64,000 nt of DNA from Candidatus Parcubacteria bacterium (lineage in GTDB: Bacteria; Patescibacteriota; Minisyncoccia; Phycocordibacterales; UBA2100), in the NCBI GenBank assembly GCA_003599295.1, contig QZJK01000007.1, forward strand, positions 2,228 through 66,227, written 5' to 3'. The translations under genes and the position numbers were made by a program. A model generated the notes under the pieces. That model saw nothing but the letters and a program-made list of their open reading frames with translations. It did no database searches and was not told the origin of the DNA. Numbering within the stretch: position 1 is the first letter of the stretch; each line of letters starts with the position of its first letter. Below, piece by piece: positions 19,175 through 28,404 of the stretch.

Positions 19175-20239
19175 ATGATAAAGAGCGAGAGCGTGTCCTC
19201 ACGAATACTAGCGCTCATCCTTGTCTCAGCGACGCTCTCTGTTGGGGCATCCATGTTCCCGACTGCTGTTGCGGCTGATACGACCAGTGTCCGAACTCAA
19301 CAGCTCCTCCCCACGACAGGGAACTCTTGCGTCCCGCTTTCTGTGTACGGTTTCACTCCGTACATATATGAGGGCGCTCTACACTCTTTCGAGTTCACGG
19401 TAACGGATGATTCATATGTTGCGATCTCTGGCTCCGCTGGAGAAACACTACTTCCATTCAATCTAATGACGAGGTGGAGAGATACTTCCGGCGCCCTGCG
19501 TATACACGTAGATGTCCAAACAATAACGATATTGAACGGTTTAGAGCTGTCCGTGACGCTGCTTTCTGCAAAGGGAGTGGGACAACCGATTTGCGTATCC
19601 GTAGCCTCTCTGTCCATTTCACCGATGGCAGGGGTAGTGCCTGTCCAAGAAACACCGACAACGGACACGACCCCGGTTACTTCAGGAGGTACTGGAGGGG
19701 GTGGTTCGCCGGTGACGTCTCCAAGAGGAGAGGTAGCTCCCGGAGCAGGTGGGGAGACCACGAGCACATCAACTCCTGGTCCGGCCGCTACGACATCAGG
19801 AGCCGAGAGCCCTTCAGCTATCGCCAGTCTACAAGACAGGCTTTTCGAGCAGTGCGCCGCGGGTGGAGCATTCCGGCTATGGATCGTTCTTCTCGTGGTC
19901 TACGCGCTCATCATGGTCACGGCAGTCTTCGGCCAGTTGCCCGCACCTCAAACCTTCTCGCCTGGCCAGCGGAGTGCGACTATTCTCGTGCCGTTCGCGC
20001 TTCTTCTCGTCTTCTGGTACTTCGTTGAGAGCTGCCGCGCCAACCTTTGGATGCCTATCATTGCATTCGTCATAGCTTTGTTGGGTCTTCTCGGAACGTA
20101 TCGGAACGACCCTCGCGTGACCTCGTACACCGCACGAGTGCGAACATTCGGCGAAGGTCCGAAACCGAAAGAAACGACTCCTGTAAAAAAGGATACGGTC
20201 ATCATCACGCCGCCTCCAACGAAAGGGCCGGATGCTTGA
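19175..20239 (+). CDS. Surface protein: signal peptide, beta-rich domain, Thr/Gly/Pro linker, three C-terminal TM helices
   Basis: Hydrophobic N-terminus ending AVA-A, low-complexity stalk, three hydrophobic segments, basic Pro-rich tail. Confidence 0.75.
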   Translation: MIKSESVSSRILALILVSATLSVGASMFPTAVAADTTSVRTQQLLPTTGNSCVPLSVYGFTPYIYEGALHSFEFTVTDDSYVAISGSAGETLLPFNLMTRWRDTSGALRIHVDVQTITILNGLELSVTLLSAKGVGQPICVSVASLSISPMAGVVPVQETPTTDTTPVTSGGTGGGGSPVTSPRGEVAPGAGGETTSTSTPGPAATTSGAESPSAIASLQDRLFEQCAAGGAFRLWIVLLVVYALIMVTAVFGQLPAPQTFSPGQRSATILVPFALLLVFWYFVESCRANLWMPIIAFVIALLGLLGTYRNDPRVTSYTARVRTFGEGPKPKETTPVKKDTVIITPPPTKGPDA

Positions 20240-20285
20240 TTGGCCACGGATATCAGGCTACTGTATAATCCCACGCGAAGTTTAC

Positions 20286-20356
20286 GCGGGTATGGTTTAG
20301 TGGTAGAACGCGTCCTTGCCAAGGACGAGAGCGGAGTTCGATTCTCCGTACCCGCA
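20286..20356 (+). tRNA. tRNA-Gly(GCC)
   Basis: GCGGGTA/TACCCGC-A acceptor stem, anticodon arm CGTCC-TT-GCC-AA-GGACG; TATAAT upstream at 20264. Confidence 0.96.
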
Positions 20357-20645
20357 CAGAGTGAACGAAGTGAAGCCTGTGCGGGTACAGCACGCAAATT
20401 TATTTGCGTGCGTGGAGAATCGAACGCCGGAGCGATGTGAGGCGAGCTTGCCGAACAGCGAGGCGGTGCCCAGCCCGAGGCGAGCGACGGCGAGCCGAGA
20501 GGCGCGGGCGATTCCCGTACCCGCACAATACGATTCGGAATTGTGGTCACAACGCTCGTCGGCTTCCGCCTCCTCGGTCGCGACCCCGGCTCGCTGTCGC
20601 TCACACCCGATGTGTTCGCGACAACGCTCCGCCCAGCACATGCGC
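20357..20645. repeat. tRNA-associated palindromic element with inverted and direct copies of the tRNA-Gly 3' end
   Basis: CTGTGCGGGTAC (20377) and GGAGAATCGAAC (20414) are reverse complements of 20336-20359; direct copy CGATTCCCGTACCCGCACA at 20509-20527; inverted repeat 20482-20497/20587-20602. Confidence 0.75.
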
Positions 20646-20648
20646 AGC

Positions 20649-20672
20649 GAAAAGCGACGCAGGTCGCTTTTC
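20649..20672. terminator. Bidirectional terminator between convergent tRNAs
   Basis: GAAAAGCGAC-GCAG-GTCGCTTTTC. Confidence 0.75.
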
Positions 20673-20680
20673 TTGCCATG

Positions 20681-20752
20681 TGCTCCCGCCAGGATTCGAA
20701 CCTGGAATAGCAGTTCCGAAGACTGCTGTGATATCCGTTTCACCACGGGAGC
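20681..20752 (-). tRNA. tRNA-Arg(UCG)
   Basis: GCTCCCG/CGGGAGC-A acceptor stem, anticodon arm GCAGT-CT-TCG-GA-ACTGC, GGTTCGAATCC. Confidence 0.95.
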
Positions 20753-20846
20753 GTCGGGACCATGATACCTTACGGCATACTTCCGCCACAACCAGACATC
20801 CTTTCTTCGCTACGATTGATAGCAACTTTTGAGATACAATGCGTGC

Positions 20847-22316
20847 ATGAAAAACCGTCGACTGAATGTGCCTCAAGAGATACAAACGCTTTGCGAGACT
20901 CTCCGCGCAGCCGGATTCGAGGCATACCTCGTCGGCGGCTGTGTGCGGGATCTTCTTCTTGAACGCGAACCGAAAGATTGGGATATCACGACGAACGCGA
21001 AGCCAGAAGAGATACAAAAGTTGTTCAGGGAAACGTTTTATGAGAACGATTTCGGTACGGTGGGTGTTGTCACGGAATCCGGAGATCCGCGTTTAAAAGT
21101 CGTCGAAATAACGCCCTACCGCATCGAAGGGAAATATTCAAACGCGCGGCACCCGGATGAGGTGAAATTCAGCGACAACCTTTCTGATGACTTGAAGCGG
21201 CGCGATTTCACCATAAACGCCATCGCCTACGAACCCACGGCGAGGGCCCTCATTGATGAGCATGGCGGACAAGAAGATATACAAAGGCGGCTCATTGCCG
21301 CCGTGGGCGACGCAGACTTGCGTTTCAAAGAGGACGCGCTGCGGATGCTCCGGGCAGTGCGTCTTTCAGCAGAGTTGGACTTCGCCATCGAAACGAAAAC
21401 GGCGAGTGCACTCGTGAAGAATGCTCAACTTCTCGAAAAAATATCGCGGGAGCGCGTGCGCGATGAGTTCACGAGAATACTTGAAAGCCCGAGGCCGATG
21501 CAGGCGCTCTACGTTGCGCAAAAACTTGGCATTCTCCGGTATATTTCCCCGGAACTTGAAGAGGGGATGGGTATCAAACAGAACCAAGCGCATGCATTTG
21601 AAGTATTCGAACACCTGCTCCGCTCTCTCCAGGCCGCCGCGGATAAGGGGTGGTCTCTCGATGTCCGGCTTGCCGCGCTTCTTCACGACGTCGGCAAACC
21701 ACGCGTACGCGCATGGTCGGATGAAAAGAATGACTGGACGTTCCATGGGCACGAAGCTGTCGGTGCACGCATGGCGAAGAAGATCCTCTCTGACCTTCGA
21801 TTCTCTAAAGAAACGACAGAAAAGGTGGTGGCGCTTATCCGCACGCACATGTTCTTTTCCGACCCTGATACGGTGACGCTTTCCGCGGTCCGGCGCACTA
21901 TCCGCAATGTCGGCCCCGAAAACATAAAAGATCTGCTCAATCTGCGCATTTGCGACCGCATCGGCACGGGACGACCGAAGGAGCAACCGTTTCGTTTGCG
22001 CAAGTACATGTCTATGGTGGACGAAGCGCTCCGCGATCCCATTTCCGTCGCAATGCTTAAGATGGACGGCACGCGCCTTATCGAGATGGGTGAGAAGCCC
22101 GGGCCTCGCATCGGCTGGATACTCCATGCACTCCTTGAAGAAGTGCTGGATGACCCAAAGAAAAACACGGCGGATTATCTTGAATCTCGCTCGCAGGAAC
22201 TGGCTACACTCGGCAACACAGAGTTGAAGAAATTGGGGGAGGCAGGAAAGGAACGACTCACTGAAGAAGAAGAGGCGGCTGTAGAAGAATTACGAAAAAA
22301 ACACCACGTGTCGTGA
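20847..22316 (+). CDS. cca: CCA tRNA nucleotidyltransferase with HD domain
   Basis: LVGGCVRD, KDWD, RRDFTINA, EDALRMLRA.R, LLHDVGKP; all four tRNA genes here lack encoded CCA. Confidence 0.9.
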   Translation: MKNRRLNVPQEIQTLCETLRAAGFEAYLVGGCVRDLLLEREPKDWDITTNAKPEEIQKLFRETFYENDFGTVGVVTESGDPRLKVVEITPYRIEGKYSNARHPDEVKFSDNLSDDLKRRDFTINAIAYEPTARALIDEHGGQEDIQRRLIAAVGDADLRFKEDALRMLRAVRLSAELDFAIETKTASALVKNAQLLEKISRERVRDEFTRILESPRPMQALYVAQKLGILRYISPELEEGMGIKQNQAHAFEVFEHLLRSLQAAADKGWSLDVRLAALLHDVGKPRVRAWSDEKNDWTFHGHEAVGARMAKKILSDLRFSKETTEKVVALIRTHMFFSDPDTVTLSAVRRTIRNVGPENIKDLLNLRICDRIGTGRPKEQPFRLRKYMSMVDEALRDPISVAMLKMDGTRLIEMGEKPGPRIGWILHALLEEVLDDPKKNTADYLESRSQELATLGNTELKKLGEAGKERLTEEEEAAVEELRKKHHVS

Positions 22317-22741
22317 ATCGACCTTGCTCCGCATAAAGCTATGCGGGGTTCCTCCTTCGGGGAAAAACAAAAGGCCGCGCCCGCGAATGGACACGGATTC
22401 AGAGAATCTGTGCCCGTTCGCGAGAACGGCCTTGGGGCTAGGTTCGGTTTGGGTCTAACGACGGCACTTTGCCTAATAATTTTGGGTCGCTATGCGAGCC
22501 CTTTTAGGATGTAGTGTGCCTGTTTAAGGCCCCGGACTGGTGTCCGTCTTGCTCTATCGTTAGCAAGAATGAAATCCCTGCTGGGATAAAAGACAAGAAA
22601 AGAACTTGAACCTAACCATAGGATCCAGGGGCTAGGCCCTAGATTCCCTGTCCTATAGGATACATGGCTAAAGGACACTGTAAAGGACGCCCTGTGGATA
22701 TCTTTCAGGTCCCGCGGGACCCAATGTCCTTTAAATCAGCC

Positions 22742-23545
22742 TTATTTTAGATCTACATCGAGAGATACCGGGCAATGGTCAGATCCTTCAAATTCGGGGT
22801 GAATGCTCGCCCGCTTCACACGGGAGCGAAGCGCTTCGCTGGTGAAAAAATAATCTATCCGCCAGCCGACATTTCTCGCACGGGCATTCGAGAAGTGGCT
22901 CCACCAAGTGTAATGACCGGATCCCGCATGAAAGAGCCGAAAGGTATCCATAAATCCTTCGTTAAGGATGTTGTCTATTCCTTCGCGCTCTTCTTTCGTG
23001 AACCCGTGTTCGCCCTCGTTCGCTTTTGGATTAGCGAGATCGTCCGGCGTATGAGCTACGTTGAGATCTCCGCAGAAAATGACCGGTTTTTTTGCTTCAA
23101 GACGTTTCAAGAACTCAAGGAACGCAGGGTCCCAGAGTTTGTGGCGTAGCTTGAGCCGGCTTAGGTCAGGTTTTGCGTTCGGCGTATATACGTTTACCAC
23201 GAAAAAGTGCTTGAATTCTGCCGTGATGACGCGTCCTTCGTTATTCGGGTCGCCGTAGCCGTCTGCTTCGAGTTTGTACCGTTTCACGAGGTCCTGTGGC
23301 AAGTCAAATATAAGGCTTTCGGGTTTCACTTTGGTGAATATGGCGGTACCGCTGTATCCCTTCCGGTTCTTCGCAGAATTCCAGAACTCTTCGTATTCCG
23401 GCAGGTCTATTTCCGCCTGACCTCGCTCTGCCTTCGTCTCTTGGAGACAGATAATATCGGGTTTCAGCTTGGTGATGACCGGCAGGAACTTGGCCTTATT
23501 GACGATGCTCCGTATGCCGTTCACGTTCCACGACACGAGTCTCAT
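22742..23545 (-). CDS. xth: Exodeoxyribonuclease III / AP endonuclease
   Basis: SWNVNG, LQETK, GYSG, GDLNVAH, GWRIDY, SDHCP. Confidence 0.96.
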   Translation of the reverse strand: MRLVSWNVNGIRSIVNKAKFLPVITKLKPDIICLQETKAERGQAEIDLPEYEEFWNSAKNRKGYSGTAIFTKVKPESLIFDLPQDLVKRYKLEADGYGDPNNEGRVITAEFKHFFVVNVYTPNAKPDLSRLKLRHKLWDPAFLEFLKRLEAKKPVIFCGDLNVAHTPDDLANPKANEGEHGFTKEEREGIDNILNEGFMDTFRLFHAGSGHYTWWSHFSNARARNVGWRIDYFFTSEALRSRVKRASIHPEFEGSDHCPVSLDVDLK

Positions 23546-23563
23546 ACCCGCATCATAGCGCGT

Positions 23564-24469
23564 TCATTTCCTCCGTTTCCCATGGAACGCCCTGTGCACT
23601 TCCCGAAGATGCTTGTCGGTCACATGCGTATACACCTGCGTCGTTGCGATATTCGCATGTCCCAGAAGCGCTTGCACCGAGCGGAGGTCCGCACCGCCTT
23701 CTAGAAGATCGGTCGCGAACGAGTGTCGTATGACATGCGGCGTAACCTTGCGCGTGATGCCTGCCTTGGTGGCGTATTGTTTCACGATGCGCTCCACGGA
23801 ACGCGGCGTAAGACGGCCGCCTTTTTCCTTAGTGCCTTTTCCGTAACCTGCGAACAACGCTTCTCCCATATCGCTTCGCTTCTTGAGATATTCCGCCACT
23901 GCTTTTTTTGCGGAGGGGGACAGGAACACGACTCGCACTTTATCTCCTTTGCCGCGCACCGAGAATTCGTCGCGCGTAAGGTCGAGGTCAACATTCAGGG
24001 AACACAATTCCGATACGCGCAAGCCGGTAGAGAAGAGGAGCTCGAACATGGCGCGGTCCCGGAGAGCGGTCTCCGAGTCGCCCGCCGGGGCTTTGAGAAG
24101 GCGGTTAAGCTCGTCCGCCGTGATGAGGTCGAGATCGCGCGAGCTTACCTTCGCAAGCTCTATTTTTTCCGGTTGGAGCGACTCGATCTCCATCTTGCGG
24201 AGAAACTTGAGGAACGCCCGGAGGGCTATCATGTAGTAATTCTGGGTCTTCTTTTTCATCGAACCCGAGACGCCCGATTGGCGATTGAGCCACATGCGAA
24301 ATTCGCGCACCGCTGACTCCGAAAGTTCCGAGGGCTTGCGCAGTTTCGTATGCGCGAGAAAGCGAGAGAGGTACCGGTCGTAATTCTCAACGGTCTTCAC
24401 GCTTCTGCCTTTTTCTATCTCGATGTATTCGAGGAATTGAGTTTTGAGGGCGGCGAGATCCGATGCCAT
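23564..24469 (-). CDS. XerC/D-family tyrosine recombinase
   Basis: SAM-like N-terminal domain, TGLRVSEL, GKGDKVR, HVIRHSFAT, LLGH...TTQVY. Confidence 0.92.
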   Translation of the reverse strand: MASDLAALKTQFLEYIEIEKGRSVKTVENYDRYLSRFLAHTKLRKPSELSESAVREFRMWLNRQSGVSGSMKKKTQNYYMIALRAFLKFLRKMEIESLQPEKIELAKVSSRDLDLITADELNRLLKAPAGDSETALRDRAMFELLFSTGLRVSELCSLNVDLDLTRDEFSVRGKGDKVRVVFLSPSAKKAVAEYLKKRSDMGEALFAGYGKGTKEKGGRLTPRSVERIVKQYATKAGITRKVTPHVIRHSFATDLLEGGADLRSVQALLGHANIATTQVYTHVTDKHLREVHRAFHGKRRK

Positions 24470-24498
24470 TCTTTCCATTGTAGCGCATGCGATGCGCG

Positions 24499-25644
24499 TT
24501 ACTTAAGGTACTTTTTCTTCTTGAGTTTTTCCGGAAGATACGATTCCGCATCGTATTTCTCATAGTCTTTCCCGTACTCAAGCTCTTTCATCAATTTCGT
24601 GACCGGATTGCGGACCTTGAGCGGAATGGGGAGAGCGCCGAACCTTTCGACATCTGCCTGCGCGGCGCGCAGCGCATCATATGCGCTGCGGTCCTTTTTG
24701 CATTCAGCGAGGTACGCAACGCCGTGCGCGAGGTTGATGGCCGCCTCGGGATAGCCGATGGTCTCGACCGCGCGAAAGACCGCGTTCGCGACGACGAGCG
24801 CCGTTGGTTGAGCGAGACCGATATCCTCGCTCGCGAAAATCACCATTCTCCTCGCGATAAAGAGCGGGTCTTCTCCGGCCGCGACCATGCGCGCGAGGTA
24901 GTAAAGCGCCGCGTCCGGCTGAGACGCGCGCATGCTTTTAATGAACGCGGAAATGGTGTTGTAATGCTCTTCGCCTTTTTTGTCATAGCGGAGATGCTTC
25001 GACTGAACGGCTTCTTTCAATGTATCTACCGTTACTTTGTCATACAATTTTTTCGCCGTTTCGAGTATCGTCAGCGCCTGGCGAGCGTCTCCTCCCGCGA
25101 TGGCAATGAGCCAGTCCGCAGCCTCCTTTGGCATTTTTATCTTCGAACGGGCAAGTATCTTTTGCATGTCTTTCTCGGAGAGTTCGTTCAACACGAACAC
25201 GCGGCAGCGTGACAGGAGCGGAGAAATCACCTCGAACGACGGGTTCTCGGTCGTGGCACCTATAAGCGTCAGATCGCCGCGTTCGACGAAAGGCAACAGA
25301 AAATCCTGCTGAGCTTTGTTGAAGCGATGTATCTCATCGATGAACAGGATCTTCGGCTTCATGAAGCTGAGCGCGCGTTCGTGTCTGCGCTCGCCGAGTA
25401 TTTTTTTAATATCGTCTTTTCCCGCGTCGACCGCGGAAAGTTCGTAAAACTCCGCGTCGAGCGCTTTCGCATAGAGTTTGGCGAGCGTCGTCTTTCCGCA
25501 CCCCGGCGGCCCCCATAGGAGGAAGGAGAAAAGCTCTTTTTTCTCAATGGCAACCCGCAGGGGTTTTCCTTTTCCTATAAGGTGCTCCTGGCCGAAGAAG
25601 TCCTCGAGCGTGCCAGGCCGTATCCGTGATGCAAGGGGTTCCAT
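24499..25644 (-). CDS. rarA: Replication-associated recombination protein A (RarA/MgsA)
   Basis: PLA.RIRP, GPPGCGKT, FIDEIHRFNK.QQD, GATTENP, SAFIKS.R.S, ASEDIG; true start at MEPLASR. Confidence 0.96.
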   Translation of the reverse strand: MEPLASRIRPGTLEDFFGQEHLIGKGKPLRVAIEKKELFSFLLWGPPGCGKTTLAKLYAKALDAEFYELSAVDAGKDDIKKILGERRHERALSFMKPKILFIDEIHRFNKAQQDFLLPFVERGDLTLIGATTENPSFEVISPLLSRCRVFVLNELSEKDMQKILARSKIKMPKEAADWLIAIAGGDARQALTILETAKKLYDKVTVDTLKEAVQSKHLRYDKKGEEHYNTISAFIKSMRASQPDAALYYLARMVAAGEDPLFIARRMVIFASEDIGLAQPTALVVANAVFRAVETIGYPEAAINLAHGVAYLAECKKDRSAYDALRAAQADVERFGALPIPLKVRNPVTKLMKELEYGKDYEKYDAESYLPEKLKKKKYLK

Positions 25645-25713
25645 ACAGGTGCATTGTACTCTTTTTGAGTTTTCCACTATTGCATATTCTCCGGTGTGCG
25701 CTATCGTAGGTGC

Positions 25714-26205
25714 ATGAAACGAATTCTTATCATACTCGTTGTACTTATCATTCTTATTGGCGGATATTTTGTGTTTACGAACTATTCGGCTCCGGACACG
25801 ACTTCGGAGGAGAATACCAGTGGGGTAACCGAGGACGTGCAGATCCAAGACACCATTGTAGGGGAGGGCATCGAAGCGACCCCGGGTGCGACTGTTTCCG
25901 TTCTCTACGTGGGACGGCTTGAGGATGGGACTGTCTTTGACAGTTCGGAAGCGCACGGAAATGTGCCGCTTACCTTCATCCTTGGCGAGCCAGGGCTTAT
26001 TCCAGGCTTTCAGATCGGCGTGAACGGCATGAAAGAAGGGGGTGAGCGAGTTATGGCGATACCGCCATCCTTGGGCTACGGGGCACAGGCCGTGCAAGAT
26101 ACTGAAGGGAAGACCATCGTGCCGGCAAACTCAGTACTCATCTTTAACGTACGACTTGTGTCAGTCGAAGCAGCGGCCACAACTACTTCGGAAACGGCAG
26201 AATAG
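25714..26205 (+). CDS. FKBP-type peptidyl-prolyl isomerase with N-terminal anchor
   Basis: V.Y.G.L.DG.VFDSS, GM..GG.R...IPP.LGYG, VPANS.LIF.V.L. Confidence 0.93.
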   Translation: MKRILIILVVLIILIGGYFVFTNYSAPDTTSEENTSGVTEDVQIQDTIVGEGIEATPGATVSVLYVGRLEDGTVFDSSEAHGNVPLTFILGEPGLIPGFQIGVNGMKEGGERVMAIPPSLGYGAQAVQDTEGKTIVPANSVLIFNVRLVSVEAAATTTSETAE

Positions 26206-26286
26206 GGGCATTTCTTAGCTCGACTTTTCGCTCTTCCAGACCAAAAAAGCCTTGCGTGAAGGCGCAGATTGTGCTAGTATTTGTTG

Positions 26287-26553
26287 ATGCTTTCGAAGCG
26301 TAAGAAGCAAAACGAGATAGCAAAGGCAAAACGCCACGATACGGACACCGGCTCGCCGGAGGTCCAGGTTGCCGTCCTTACGAGGCGTATTGAGGAGCTG
26401 TCTGCGCATCTCGATAAGAATCGCAAGGACAAGCACTCGCGCCGGGGACTCCTCGGGCTCGTCGCTGACCGCCGCAAACACCTGAAATACCTCGAAACGA
26501 ACAACAAGCGCGCATACAGCACGCTTGTGAAGAAACTTGGTTTGAAAAAGTAG
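26287..26553 (+). CDS. rpsO: 30S ribosomal protein S15
   Basis: DTGSPEVQVA.LT, H...KD.HSRRGLL..V..R. Confidence 0.98.
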   Translation: MLSKRKKQNEIAKAKRHDTDTGSPEVQVAVLTRRIEELSAHLDKNRKDKHSRRGLLGLVADRRKHLKYLETNNKRAYSTLVKKLGLKK

Positions 26554-26684
26554 GCGATTCCCCTTCGCGAAGAGAGCGTTTTGCGTCTTCGCCGCTTTGA
26601 GAGTAGACTGAGGTAGTTTTTATAAGGTTTAGTTCTAATTTTTTAAACATATCGCTGTTAGCTTCGCGCTAACGCAGCATTTCT

Positions 26685-27278
26685 ATGAGCATCATTAAAC
26701 ACCCCGAACAGCGTGTCGGCGTATTCATCGACACGCAGAACTTGTACCACAGTGCAAAAAATATTTATCACGCACGCGTGAACTTCTCGAACGTTCTCAA
26801 GGACGCCATCGCAGGGCGTCGGCTCGTGCGAGCGCGCGCCTACGCTGTTACCACTGAAAGCGGCGAAGAAAAAGGCTTTTTCGACGCGCTCGCGAAGATA
26901 GGCGTCGAAATGCGAACGAAAGACCTCCAGATTTTCGCCGGCGGCGCCAAAAAAGCCGACTGGGACGTCGGGCTCGCCGTCGACGCGATAACCGCTTCTC
27001 CGAAACTCGACACTGTCATCCTTCTTACCGGCGACGGCGACTTCGTGCCGCTCGTCGAATACTTGCAGCGGCACGCCGGCTGCCAGGTGGAGGTCGTATC
27101 GTTCGGACGTTCGAGCTCGGCAAAGCTAAAAGAGGCGGTCGACGACTTTCTCGACCTTGATTCCGATCCTCGCCGATACCTTCTCAACTATCGTCCACAA
27201 CGCGGGCGGTATACTCCGCGTTCGGATACGCCCGAGACAAGGACCGAAGAGCCTGAGAGCGACCTAGGCACCGAGTGA
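26685..27278 (+). CDS. NYN-domain (LabA/DUF88) PIN-like nuclease
   Basis: VFIDTQNL, KKADWDV, LTGDGDFVP, L....DDF. Confidence 0.9.
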   Translation: MSIIKHPEQRVGVFIDTQNLYHSAKNIYHARVNFSNVLKDAIAGRRLVRARAYAVTTESGEEKGFFDALAKIGVEMRTKDLQIFAGGAKKADWDVGLAVDAITASPKLDTVILLTGDGDFVPLVEYLQRHAGCQVEVVSFGRSSSAKLKEAVDDFLDLDSDPRRYLLNYRPQRGRYTPRSDTPETRTEEPESDLGTE

Positions 27279-28268
27279 TCACGCGTTCACTTTCCGCATT
27301 TCGCGGCGCGATGACACATACGCAAGTGCAACGAACACGAGTCCGATAAGGCCCGTGAACGGTTCCGGCACATGCACGAAAATGCCGAAGAGCATCGCGA
27401 GCGCGAGACCCATGATGGCCCAGTGCGCGCCGTGCTCGAGGTAGACCAGCGTTGAGAGCGTCCGGGCGCGCACAAGCGCGATCGTGAATGCGCGTACGAA
27501 GAGCGCGCCGATGCCGAGACCGACGACGATGATGGGGAGACTCGACGTGATGGCGAATGCGCCGACAACGCCGTCGAGAGAGAACGCGGAATCGAGTATG
27601 TTCAGGTACACGAAGAGCGCCGCGCCGCCGAGCGCGGCGGCATGAGCGCCTTCCATTTCGAATGATTGAGCCACGCCTTCAATGACGATGAATAGCACGA
27701 CCCCGATGAGACCGGCGAAGAGGAGCGTTGCCGCTTCTTGGGGAATGAAATAGGCGCACACAAGAAGAATACCGAGCACGAGCGCTATTTCTATCGCTTC
27801 AATACCGCCCCAACGTGAGAGCCTGCGTTCGACAATGCCGATCCAATGCACCTTTTTCCTGTTATTGAAGAAATATTTCAAAGAAACGAGGAGCAGGAAG
27901 GCGCTGCCGAAGGCGGCTATCGCGGTGTGGGCTCCTTCAAGGTAGCGGCTGTACGCCTCCGCGTCGAAAAAAGCGAGCTTCGCGACAGCAACGGGCCCGA
28001 GTCCCGCAGCGAGCGCTACGATGAATATCGGAAGAATAAAGCGGGTCCCGAACACCGCAATGGGGATGCCCCAGGTAAGGAAGCGGCGCTGCCAGCGCGC
28101 ATCCATCCGATTTAAGACTTTCGCGTTCACGACTGCGTTGTCGAACGAGAGTGTCGTTTCAAGAATGGCGAGCAAGACCGTGAGAAATAAGGCTGAAAAG
28201 CCTCCCCAAAAGAAAATTGCGGTAAGGGCGATGAACGAAATTGCCGTGGGGAATATATAGAATGTCAT
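27279..28268 (-). CDS. DUF475/TerC-like integral membrane protein
   Basis: LE..LSFDNAVVNA, D..FSLDGV.GAFA, YLEHGAH; multi-TM. Confidence 0.9.
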   Translation of the reverse strand: MTFYIFPTAISFIALTAIFFWGGFSALFLTVLLAILETTLSFDNAVVNAKVLNRMDARWQRRFLTWGIPIAVFGTRFILPIFIVALAAGLGPVAVAKLAFFDAEAYSRYLEGAHTAIAAFGSAFLLLVSLKYFFNNRKKVHWIGIVERRLSRWGGIEAIEIALVLGILLVCAYFIPQEAATLLFAGLIGVVLFIVIEGVAQSFEMEGAHAAALGGAALFVYLNILDSAFSLDGVVGAFAITSSLPIIVVGLGIGALFVRAFTIALVRARTLSTLVYLEHGAHWAIMGLALAMLFGIFVHVPEPFTGLIGLVFVALAYVSSRREMRKVNA

Positions 28269-28328
28269 GCGCCGTGTCCGTTTTCAGTATTCGGGAAGTG
28301 TGCTACACTCGCATACATTAGCATAATC

Positions 28329-28394
28329 GTGGCGGGCGGATAGGCAGAATTGCTCCAAACAAACGAGGAGCCAATGCTGAAATCCGAACGTCAC
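28329..28394 (+). promoter_or_regulatory. Long hairpin in the pnp 5' leader
   Basis: GTGGCG/CGTCAC, CGGAT/ATCCG, GCTCC/GGAGC nested stems, downstream of TACACT (28304). Confidence 0.6.
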
Positions 28395-28404
28395 CCAAGA
28401 ACGA

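Noticed and set aside
22490-22678. 62-aa minus-strand ORF
   Set aside because: Atypical composition, no family signature, and it overlaps the motif cluster
23564-24469. Tyrosine recombinase as a prophage or island integrase
   Set aside because: Xer-sized, flanked by housekeeping xth and rarA, with no att repeats or cargo genes
25645-26097. N-terminal extension of RarA in the ORF track
   Set aside because: It is antisense to the FKBP gene; homology and the -10 box place the start at 25644
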